Source: Balanoglossus misakiensis (Eukaryota > Animalia > Hemichordata). Taken from it: a DNA stretch of 64,000 nt. The notes under the pieces were generated by a model. The model was not told the origin of the DNA. It did no database searches and was given only the letters and a program-made list of their open reading frames with translations. Shown in pieces: positions 25,947-39,971 of the stretch. Position 1 is the first letter of the stretch. Each line of letters starts with the position of its first letter. The translations under genes and the position numbers were made by a program. The stretch lies in assembly GCA_040954595.2 (NCBI GenBank), contig CM082590.2, positions 10,814,088 to 10,878,087 of the forward strand. Reading direction: 5' to 3'.

Positions 25947-27609
25947 GTAAGTTTTGTTTGTATAATATAAGTGCCTTTGTTAATTGCTGTCAACAATGAT
26001 GTGTAGATCGACACTTGTGGGATTGACAGCATCTGTTATCTGTCTGCATTTATGTATGTACGGTAGTCACATGACCTGGTAGGAAAATTGAATTTTCTGA
26101 AAATCTTGAAATGGCTTCTCAAAAATTCCAAGTTGAAATTTTGTGCCTGGAAAGTATGGTCTATGCTCTTTTAAATGGTTGGCAGCAATATTGAACTAAT
26201 TCCTAATTACAAATGTTTATACTGTGCATTTCTTCTCAGTCACCAGTTTCTTAGTTACTATGTTTGTTTAATTGATCAATACATATTTGTGAAGATGTTA
26301 TCTACTGTCCCATTGGGGAAAACGTATCCAATGGATAAACAAATAAGTTTTTTATTAATTTATTATTATTTGTTATTTAATAGCACGCTTTCTCAACCCT
26401 TACTAATTCTTTATGATTTCATTTTAAGAAGAGAAAATTGTCTCGTATAGACACGGTTTTAAACCCACTTCAATTATTTTATGATTGTGCTTTATGGCAT
26501 ATTAAATTTTCCAGCCTTAGAAGCACGCTTACTACAATTTGAATTAGTTTAACACTTTTCAAATGCAGGTGCCAGGCATATGAAATCATTTGCCAAAAAC
26601 ACCAATATAGTGAAAGGCCTTCAGCTCTGGCAGCCAAAAAAGAGGAGAGCAGGTGTTGTAGTACAGTGATGAACTCGCTTTGATTATGGCAAAACAATAA
26701 CATTTTCATGTAAAATCCAACCCCAGCACTGGTGGGCATGTGGGCCACATCCACCCTTTATGGACAACTAAAACACTGTATAGTGTGGCAAGAATTAATT
26801 AAGTGCCGTGACAAGTTAATTCTGAGTCCAGTAGGACCATATGGAATCGGTTGCATTTGTATGGATGGATGGAATTGTCCATACAAATTAAAAACATCAC
26901 ATTGGAATTTGGTGCGGAGCTACAGGCTTAACTGTAGAAGTGAATGTAAACCAGGTTATTTTGCGAGCAATAAATTTTCGTGAAATATGTGTGAAGCAAA
27001 AAAAATGTGAAAATAAAACATCGCATAAAATGTTTTTCGGAGATAACGATGCAGTAAAGAGAACTCAAAAATTAATCTTTAAACTGTTGCCTCTTTTGAT
27101 ATCGCGAAAAATTTACTGTCGCCCAAATAACCCGTTATACAGTATTAGGTGGGAAAATGTCATCGTCGCAAACCACGGCCCTTTTACGGCAGCGCTCTGC
27201 TCCCCGCAAAAAGGCCGTGGTATAATACGGCCATGTATTCAGTATTTGGTCTAGGCGCTTTCACAGTACATCCAACAACCAATCAGATTGCTTGTTACAT
27301 CCCATTCACGCATCTCATTACATCTCATTCTAAACAACATGGCGGCTTCCAGTGGCAGTGCTCTGAGAAGTGCGCTTGTCCCAGCTCTCCTTGAGAGACG
27401 GGCTTTGATTGGCCAGATTATAATGATGTCATCTCATGAATATGCATTACCAATATGTTCAAATACCAGCGCGGTACTCCATTTTAACCAGAGTACGTGA
27501 TTTCGATAGTGAAACGAAAGAAATCCGTAGTCTGGTGGGGCGAGAATGGAAAATGTGAAAATGTTCTCATAATCAATAATTCACTTTCTTTGGGTTGGGG
27601 GATACTCCA

Positions 27610-28232
27610 CCTGCACAGAAGAGCTTTTGTTGAACTTGAACTTGTCTGCATTTAGTGCGAGGTTCTTCTCACAGATTTGGTGGAGACTGTTTTCAGGTGT
27701 TAGTAGTGGTTTTCTTCACTAGTCCCTGTTACAATGGATGTCATCACTAATATTCTTGACACCTGGTAGAGCTTGTTCAGCTGCAGAGGTCACAACAAAA
27801 TTCAGCCGCTTGTATCGTCCATGTCCCAGATGAGTTGATAAGGTAGTGATGTTATGTCATACAGGGTCTCATCTATGATTGGTGATGCAATATGTCTTTC
27901 TGATATTGCATCTTGTGGCATCTGTAAAGAAATAAAGATTATTTTTATTATTTTTTATTTCTCTCGTGTCTTCTGTAGGGCTTCATGGCATTTACTGTTT
28001 CAATGGTATACGTAGCACTTTCAATACCACTTGCCTGTGCTTCTGACAATTTCAGAGTTCTTGCTGTATCTAGCTACTTAGAGTCATTCCTGGTTATCTC
28101 AATGCATGGCGTCATAGACGTGACAAGGCACAGTTCTTCACAATCAATGTTCTTCACATGTTGCCGCTAGCTGCCTAAGTCTGGTATGATGTGTAGCCAT
28201 CGATTCTCTCTGTTCTTGTTTTGCTTTTCTGA
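27610..28232 (-). mobile_element. Decayed Ty3/Gypsy LTR retrotransposon gag and RT fragments
   Basis: The minus strand of 28232-27990 gives FRKAKQEQRESMATHHTRLRQLAATCE...SRL*RHALR*PGMTL/LDTARTLKLSEAQASGIE (gag). 27920-27615 gives ITTLSTHLGHGRYKRLNFVVTSAAE...LPGVKNISDDI...HLKTV..NLALNADK (RT, xxDD motif), with stops, frameshifts and deletions. Confidence 0.8.
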
Positions 28233-29751
28233 AAAGTAAATAATTAAAAAACATATTACTGAAATGGAACACATAGAAGAGAACATGCCCGAATAGAACA
28301 CAGTTTATGAATTCTACTGGCGGTGGAATAAAATCGCGCGACTTTAGAAATTATTGAACATGTTTGCACACGCTCAATTGGCATGTTCTGGAACAGTGAA
28401 CGATGAGAGGCCCAGGAACTGGCATGATTTTTCCCCAACTAAACAACGGATTTCAAAATATGAAAATGTTTATCTTTTTATCAAAGAAAATCATATCATA
28501 ATGAGGGACATATATAAGAGGTCAAAACTCAGCATGCATTCTGTGCCATCCTATTCACATACGTGTATGATGGATGGCAACAACACGGCGCCTAGTGGAG
28601 CCTGGATCTCGTTCGCGTTCGGGGTGGGGTGGGGTGGGGGTGGGGCATTGACGAGGACAATAAAGCACGATGAGATGACAACAAGCACTGGGCCGCCTGT
28701 ATTGACTGGGAGCGAATGTGACAGCTGTCATCTTTCAAGTGATTAGAGATATGAATACAGAGTAGTAATCACGTATTCACAGAGTTCGGGATCATTGATG
28801 TATGCAGCCAGCTCCAGTTTCGTGCCTTCAACATTGCGAAAGCGTTCAGAACAATTCCACCGTCACATGCAAATACATATGACCTAACATGTTTGGGTTC
28901 AACCATCAATATTAACTTTAAGTTGCATTTATTATCACTAATTCCTTAACTTGTTGATTTAGAGTGTTTTTTGTTGTTTTTGTCTGGCAAGTACACAATC
29001 AAATAATGACTATCAACTTATTAAACACCTATAGCTTCTAAGTTCTTCAGGACAATGACCTCGCAATAAATGCCTGTAACCAGCGGCAACAGTTGGAACA
29101 TGCATGTGAGACGAGCTACGCGCTTTAAGCACAGGTGTAATGACAAAGCACGTTTTATGTTCAAAGTGAACGTTTAGTGAACAGTCAATCCCATAAGGCA
29201 GTGCTCACACAAGATGCCTTATGGACCAAACTTTGCGTACCATAACCCCTAAATATTCTCAAGCATAGAAAGTCTCCATTTTAAAACGCTTACCTGGAAA
29301 ACCTTCATTCGGTATCTCGTCGGACACTTCCATGATGGTTGCCATGTCCCTCTTCAATGCCCATACCATCATGATCGCCATCACCATCACCACCGCGGCT
29401 GTAAATAAATAAAATAATAATGAAATAACAAACATGCAAAAAATGTGAATATGCCCATCATAATGAAAGCTGCCAACCCCTTAGAATGATACTACAACCT
29501 ACACATTGAGCATTAGCCTATCACAACTTCGCGATCCAAGGGCACACGGTTCAAATTTCTGGCCGGGAAATTGTTTATCTTGGCACATTTTTATAAACTG
29601 TACTGTTTTTTAGGTATGCATGTATGATAAAGGGGTTATTACAGGAAGTTTGGTCGATAACGCGACTTATCTCGTGATGGTCAGTGTTTTTTTTTCTTGT
29701 TGCTTCGCGACTCATCAAAATACGGACACGTCTCCAGAATACGACGAGTAA

Positions 29752-32317
29752 TCACACCCCTAAATATTCTAAAGCATAAAGTCTCCATTTTAAAACGTCT
29801 ACCTGGAAAACTTGTATTTTATACTTTTGCGGACATTTGTCCAGGAACGCCTGAAATATTGCCTCCAACTGAAATCTTTTCAGGCTTTCTTTAGCTGAAA
29901 AATGATTAAGAAAAAATGCTTTAATTAATAAATAATAATAATAAATCAATAAAAAATCTTTGTTTTTTTCGTTGGATACGTTTCCCCCAATGGGACAGTA
30001 GATAATATCTTCACAAATATGTATTGATCAATTAAACAATCATAGTAACTAAGCAACTGGTGACTGAGAAGAAATGCACGGTATAAACATTTGTAATTAG
30101 GAATTAATTCAATATTGCTGCCAACCATTTCAAAGAGCATAGACCATACTTTCCAGGCACAAAATTTCAACTTGGAATTTTTGAGAAGCCATTTCAAGAT
30201 TTTCAGAAAATTCAATTTTCCTACCAGGTCATGTGACTACCTTACATACATAAATGCAGACAGATAACAGATGCTGTCAATCCCACAAGTGTCGATCTAC
30301 ACATCATTGTTGACAGCAATTAACAAACGCACTTATATTATACAAACAAAACTTACTTCGATCATTGGGGGATTGAAATGGAGCCCTTGTGGGCCACCAT
30401 TCTGGGCGTTGGCCTTTCCAATCATTTCGGTGCCCTACATAATACAAAGAGAAATAATTAGAATAATGTCAATAACAACATTAATGTAACAGATCCTTTC
30501 CAGGCAAGATTCATTTCCAAGCTGTATGTATATATGTGTTTGCAACTTAAAAACGGGTACCTTACCTTTATCACTAACTGCCCTGGTAATATTCTTTCGC
30601 AGCTCAGTGACATTGTAATCTTCAGCGTCTCTGCTTTTAAAAGTTAGTTTTTGATCTAAAGTCAACAATATAAAAGTAGTTATTATTCTTTTGGGCAAAT
30701 AATCAGTAAGCAAAGAAAACCATTCAATCACATCACATTTAAACTTAATCCGAGCATATATCTTCAGAAGAACATTTCAATCCATTTCCTTATAAAATCA
30801 CAAAAAAGTTAGCATTTAGACAGACACAGACAAAAAAAGAAACAACTAAGAAATATTTGTAATGTCACTCTGCAGTCACCCTTAAAACGAACAAATCTTA
30901 CTCTCACCTTTTTTTAAAGCTGCATTTTTAAATGCCTTCCTTACATTTTTGTTTAATGCAAATTTTGCCATATGGCGGGCACCTGCATTTGAAAAATGTT
31001 AAACAATTTCAAATTGTGGTTGTTAAAAAGCGTACTTCTAAGGCTAGAAAATAAATATGCACAGTCATAAAATAAGTGCGTAAAAAACAGTGTCTATGCA
31101 AGACAATTTTCTTTTCTTAAATGAAATCATATTTCAAAGTATTTAGTAACGGTTACTTACCAGTCCATTCCACTTTATAAATAAAAAAACAACCACAGAT
31201 GGTTGATTGGCTACTTCCAACCATTTTTTGATCTAATGATATGGAAAATGAGATATTGATATGACATAATATTTCAGAAAGATTATTATATACTTTAGTG
31301 TCGTTCTTGCTTATATTTAGGCTGTTGTACTTTTACATTCAATACACAGAATGTTTTGGTGACATGCCCATGAGTAATAATATATTTGAAATGTTCACAT
31401 GAATTCTTTCACTTAATAAGAACACTACAAACCTTGCGGCGTATTTCTCTTATTTCACTTTTGATCTTTGAACAAAAAAAATAGAAAAAAATTTGCAAGG
31501 TTCAAATACACACGTGTATCCACTCCCTCCTGATTTTTCTTTGTTGAACCTTTGAACAAAGAACATTGAAAAAATATGCATGATTCATCTGTTAATATCA
31601 TAAAACATTTCCAAATACACTTATGTAAGTAAGCATCCCGGGCCAGTAAATGCACGTTTAAATATCTTTTCCAATAACTGTTTTATTCTTCGTAACAATG
31701 TGACAATGCAGTCACCCTTAAAATGAACAAAACTTACTCTCACCTTTTTTTAAAGCTGCTTTTTTAAAAGCCTGTCTTATATTTTTGTTTTTAGCAAATT
31801 TTGCCATATGGCGGGCACCTGCATTTGAAAAATGTTAAACAATTTCAAATTGTGGTTGTTAAAAAGCGTACTTCTAAGGCTAGAAAATAAATATGCACAG
31901 TCATAAAATAAGTGTGTAAAAAACAGCGTCTATGCAAGACAATTTTCTTTTCTTAAATGAAATCATATTTCAAAGTATTTAGTAACAGTTACTTACCGGT
32001 CCATTGCACTTTATTTTTCTTGAAATAAAAAACAACCACAGATGGTTGTTTGGCCATCTCCAACCATTTTTTGATCTAATGATATGGAAAATGAGATATT
32101 GATATGACATAATATTTCACAAAGATTATTATATACTTAAGTGTCGTTCTTGCTTATATTTAGGCTGTTGTACTTTTACATTTAATAACGTTTTGGTGAC
32201 ATGCAAATGATTAACTGTATATTTGAACTGTTCACATGAATTCTTTCACTGACTAAGCACACTACAAACCTTCCTTTCAATTTGCTTCCACTCTCTCGTG
32301 ATTTTTCTTTGTGTAAC
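29752..32317 (-). CDS. NRF1-like protein, copy F (inverted; 5' partial)
   Basis: Exons 32317-32270, 32075-31997, 31818-31744 (second exon-3 copy at 30982-30908), 30655-30566, 30434-30357 and 29894 onward are in frame. The exon-6 donor is mutated, so it reads through to a stop at 29752. Inverted duplicate of sequence at 20.6-22.5 kb and 24.7-25.4 kb. Confidence 0.5.
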
Positions 32318-32479
32318 CTTTGAACAAAAAACATTGAAAAAGTATGCATGATTCATCTGTTAATATCATAAAACAAGTAAACATTTATCCAAGTAAATGC
32401 ACGTTTAAATATCTTTTCCAATGACTTTGTGTTTTATTCTTTATTGCAAAGCACAATTATAACACCAAATATGTAGTAA

Positions 32480-32850
32480 TAGTGCTCAAATCTGTCGCAT
32501 TAACTTAAAAATACATTTGTTCTGGAAATGTAAAGAAGCCAGTGATTTCTGGGCCACCTTCCAACTGTTTTACAACAAAAAGACAAAACCACTCATAAAA
32601 CTGACATGTAAAGATGTTGTTTTTGGAGTACTACCTCATAGGGTAAATGAAATGTTAAACCACTTGATGATAATTGCAAAATATTATCTGTACTCAAAGA
32701 GGTTCTTAAATAATCCCACATCCTTTTTTGTTTTCCTTGAAAAAGGTACGAAATGTCATTATCACAGAGAGAATAATTGCAAAAAAAAGACAAGGGAAAC
32801 AGAACGCTTTAGATTTAATGGGAATCTTTGTTGGGAATCCCTATTTTGAC
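32480..32850 (+). mobile_element. 3' fragment of an L1/Tx1-type LINE ORF2
   Basis: HLFWKC..ASDFW...DVVFG...LNHLMIIAKYYLY matches the C-terminal zinc-knuckle region of Tx1/L1 ORF2 proteins; frameshifted near the end. Confidence 0.7.
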
Positions 32851-35635
32851 GTCACTTTTTAAATTCCCTTGTACCTTTACTTAATTAATTAATTTATTTA
32901 TATATTATTATATTGAGAGAATTGTACCTCTTTTTTTGTTTTTTTCCTTCCTAGAGCGACCCAATTAAATGTGGCACATGTGAATTTTATTGTGGCGCAC
33001 CGTCACATTAAATGGGCCCGCGGAGAATACTGATTTTCAGTTTAACACCTTACACAACCAAAGAAAAATCTCAGATCAGTTAATATTTTCAATGACTTTG
33101 AAATGGATAACTTTCACGCTAGTAGAATTACACTTTATTTTTGCGAGCAATAAATTTTCGCCAAATACGCGAGAGGCAAAATAGCATGAAAATAAAAAGT
33201 CGTGTAAATGTTTTTTGCAGATAACGATGCAGTGAATGAAATAAGAGAACGCGAAAATTTATACACGTGAAACAGTGGCCTCTCTCGATATCTCGAAAAT
33301 AAAGTCTTTACATATTTTGACCTCACAACTGAGGTACCGTCGGTTGGCGGGCTTGTACATGACGGCTATCGACCAGCAATGTTCTGGAAAGTTATCGCTG
33401 TATGGTATGGGCTTTGGCATCGTTGCCAAACATTCAAAGACGGCAGTGAGGGTACTGAATGAGAGGAGGTGAACGGCAGCCCTTGCCTTACAGTTACGAT
33501 AACAGGATTTACGGGGTGTTAAAAACTTGAAACCTGAATTAATAGTGAAACTGGGACACAAGTACAAGAAACTGGGGTTTCTAACCTCACCAGTAATCAA
33601 TAAACATCACTGTATTTGGAAAGTCAACAAATGAAATTATCACATTTAAAGATCAAAAAAATGAAAGTGGTATATTTTCCTTCGGATTTTTGCCTACACT
33701 TCCCCATCTGTGGCTAGGCACACTACTCAAATAAACAGTCTTTACACATTCAACGACTTTCCTACCTCAGTAAGAAAATGAGGTCATGGAAATACCATGG
33801 CAGTGAAAGCACTTTCTTTAATTGGCATAACATTGTTTTGTTCTGCCAACCCGATTTCAAAAGTCGCCATAGCAACAAGTTCACTTGAGGGCATGCACAG
33901 TGTCTGCTCTAAATTTAGACGTGTCTAGACGGAACTCTTTGGCTGTTCCAACAATTGCACACTACAGCCCTGGAGCTAAATTACACGTAATTGAATGTGA
34001 AAGCATCTACAACATAGTTTCGGGGGGGGGTGGGAAGTTAAAATGTATAGGCCAGCACGCAGTGGTCTCGTATGACTGACGATGCATGCTATGGAGGCTT
34101 GTTTACAAGGAGCGCATCAAGTGTAAGAGGGGAAAAACACTGAAATAATTATCTGCCAACATGGCTCTGACGGCATGCACGCGTAGTTATTTATGCATAG
34201 CTTCTGCGCATATCATTGAAAGGACTAGGGGATCAAAAACGTTTGTCCCGTATTGCAAAATACATGTACATCAACGACTTTACACCTCACCTGCATAGCG
34301 TCGAAGTAAAATCTCTTCTCCGTACCGTTTGAGCCATTTCCCCATCATATTCCTAGGGTGCTGGGTCCGGCATTAAACTCAAATTTGGGCAGCAAATTTT
34401 TCCACGTGCGGTCGCCATCTTGGATTTATTGCACTGTAAAAAAAAAAAACGGCAAATCTTTAGTTGAGGACGAATTTCAGTTAGTTATATAATGTCCAAA
34501 ATACAGCGCTTATAGAGACATTCTATTTTCATCCATATATAATTCTGGCTTTCTTAAATTAAATAAAAGAGAAAATTTCATGTTAAATTTACCCACAAAG
34601 ATAAACTTCCTTTTGAAAAAAAAATATATCGAATTCCACCACCACCAGCAGCTTCGTCCACTTGTGTTCTGTAAATTTTGCCTTTCCGCACTCCCCGAGT
34701 GTGTTGTTGAGCAATAAATATCACTAAATGTGGGTTACTAACCTGATAGATACTACGACGGTTGTCTTTGTCCGGCCACAGAGATCTTTCGCCTGTTGGT
34801 CTCGCGCTGGTCCGGGGCGTTCTGAAAAATGTCGTGGAAGGTAGTACGCCTACGTGGCAGGTCACGTGGTTAAGCAAATGTAGCACAAGTGCAGGGTATT
34901 CTATAGAAATGGGACGCCACCAACGGTCAGAAGCCCACACATAAATTAATACACTCGTACTCCCTAGAAACTTGTTGACATCTGGGCTTGACTACTTGAT
35001 ATTCTTTCAGTCTTCGGCAAGGTTTCACCTATGGCAGATGATCCTATTCTCGTCGCCAATGTTGTGTCGTCCATTAATGACCGAACGGATACTTACGCAC
35101 TGAGTATGAGAAATAAAGAGATACGACTTTAAGCAAGATTCAGCAGGCTAGGTAGTCTCGGACTTAATTCATTCATTTATTCATTCATTAATTCATTCAT
35201 TCATTTATTTATTTACGGTGCACGTGCATCCTTTCAAACGTAACCGACTTCCTTTAAACAGTCATCCTATTTCAAAAGTCAAACAGGACCTTTTTGAAAA
35301 ACCTGCATTTCCAAAATGGCTATCTCCTCGCAGAGATAACATTTATCTAACCTAACAAATTTGAAAGGTCAATCAAATTTTGTTGTGATTTTGTTCATTT
35401 TGTAGCCATTTTCAGTTGAAACATCGGTTGCTATGGCACTAATTTATGGTCTTATATACATCAAATTGAAAAATAAAACCATGACAACAAAATATTGAAA
35501 GAAGAGAAAGCTAGATTGTCTTTCAAAAACGAAATTAAAACAATAAAATAAAATATCCATAAGAATCGGTCAGACTTCTTTGCTTGTCTCCTTGTGGAGA
35601 TTATGAGAGTCAAGCGGTTTCACGTTTTAGTGGCG

Positions 35636-37674
<2,039 letters not shown>

Positions 37675-39971
37675 CTGAATGGGAAGATAAAATATCATCA
37701 TCATCATTATCATCATCACCATCACCACCAGTAGAAGCATCGTTGTCTTAGTATCCTTATCACAACAACGACTAAATTAACGTTGTGTATGAACACATAA
37801 CATACAAAATAAATAAATAAATAAATAAATACAAACAAACAAACAGAATGAAATAACGATTTTTAAGAGCATTTGTTTATCAGCACACGTACGTCGAACA
37901 GAATTCAACCAATTGTTCTACTAGTTACGGTTTTCAAACGACAGACCACAGTCCCTCTCTATATAGGGGCATTGAATCTCGGAGAGACAACATAATAGAC
38001 ACACGCCCTTGGGTTACGTAAGATTGTAAACGTTGTATATTCAGTCACAAGAATTTGAAGAAAAAAAAACTGAAGGTCGCTAGCCTTGCAACACAACGGC
38101 GTCTTTCCGAGGCAATATAGAAAATGAAACGTAACATTTTTTCTTCCAAAAGCAAAACATCTAATTCGTCCGCATGTCTTTGGTTGCGTTTTCTCTCAGG
38201 CGCTGAATAGATCATGCAGATATAGAGACCGTTTAAACACAGCCAACAGGAGGTCTGTGACGTAGTACGTCAACAGACAGTTGAAACCCGATCACTTTCA
38301 AGTGTCCAGGATTCAGTTTTTATACAGACCTACTATTAGGCCTACTTCATTTGATTCGAGGCTAATAGTTGTAACGAAATTTGGTGATATAGACACAGAG
38401 GCACTGTGATATAGACCACCACCCCTGATTTCATTTTTAAAACAAATTGATTTTAACAAGCATAGTGGTTCGGCCAACGATTTCTCTTCAAGAATCTGTC
38501 AACTAGATATATCTAACTCCGTTACCTCAAGCAAGATACGTACCTTTGTTTTTAGCGTCGCCGAAATAATCTTTCCATGCAGCGATGGTCCATATATATC
38601 GAACAACTTTCTCCTAAGGCATTTAGTCGATGGGATTTGCGGCCAGCGTATGAATAGGACGCCAGATCGTAATATATTACGACAACAATCACAAAAGGTA
38701 TTCTAATTGCGACCATTCATTGTCATCTGAACAACCAACCAGGACCATAAATGAGAACAATTAATAGGGCTTACTCGATCCATACGAAGCCTGAAGCGCG
38801 ATCCAGTCACCCACCCAACCCTACTGAGGTGCACGTCTAAGCCCTGGACTTCTAGGGTCTATGCCCAAACTTACAATGTCGACAACTTCTCCCCAAAATA
38901 AAACATCTCGTTCGATTCCGCGCAACAACGACGCATTTCTTCAAATTGGTCAAATGGAATAATTTTGAATCTTATATTCACTGTATTTCATGTGTATTTC
39001 TGACTTGCGTAGGCCTACTTCTAAATACATCACTTAGACCATAGACAGTAGAGTCCACTAGTCGTTTGGCGATTTTTTGTCTCAATACTTTTCGTGCGTA
39101 AAAATTTGCTTGCTTTGACTTTCTGGTGCTGAGCTCAGTTTCGACTTCAGGGCAGAACTGCTGGCCAACCCGGGCCCATAAGACTCAAGTTGAGCAAGTC
39201 TTGATATGATATGAATAACTTGAAGCTTACAAATACTACGGTTAACAAAACTTAAAAGTAAAATGTCCATGGGTTTAACTTTTTGTCTCGAATTTATCTC
39301 GCCTCTGCTCCTGGTAGCAGCTAGGTCCATAATTAAACAGTCACTTCACTTGCAATGGATGAGGGGTACATTGTATAACAAAGAATGAAGTGTGAATCAT
39401 GCTTTAATTTATAAAAACTAATAGGTCTAATCACTAGAATCATTTGAATTTGAATTTTCATTCTCTTGCAGTTCCGAAAAGAATGTTCATCGTTCATGCA
39501 AAATGCTTGTACTTTTTGTAGGGCCTAACTGTTTAAAAAGTTGGTGAAGTTTTGAAACGAATGACCCCAGCCCATCGTACGTTATTCAAGGTTGGAGACT
39601 GTGAAGGAAAAGAAATCAACAGATTATTCTGTTGTATTCCCGTCTTTGGGCTATAAGCACTCCCCGATTCACGAAGCCCTCAAATCTGGCCGTAATCGAT
39701 CGCCACCACGAATAAACTACAAAATACTTGTTCCTTTCAGTTGCATCACAGTTGTAGGGTCAAAGGTCACGGCTCATATTAACAGACGTGATCTTTAAAA
39801 ATCGTGGTTTCTTTTTATTTTGTTGGGGATCAGAAGCATTTGCTTACTCCGTTGACAATTTTGTCAGTCTGTTATTCGATTAACAGAAAAAAATAAGAAT
39901 AAATTCTGAAAAATATTTCGATTTACCCACAAGGCCGTAGCTTTGTTTACTTTCTGTGACTTGTTGTAAAC

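Noticed and set aside
33000-35100. Short ORFs and a CACTG-A-run resembling an EnSpm terminus near 34432
   Set aside because: No matching second terminus or recognisable protein motif was found.
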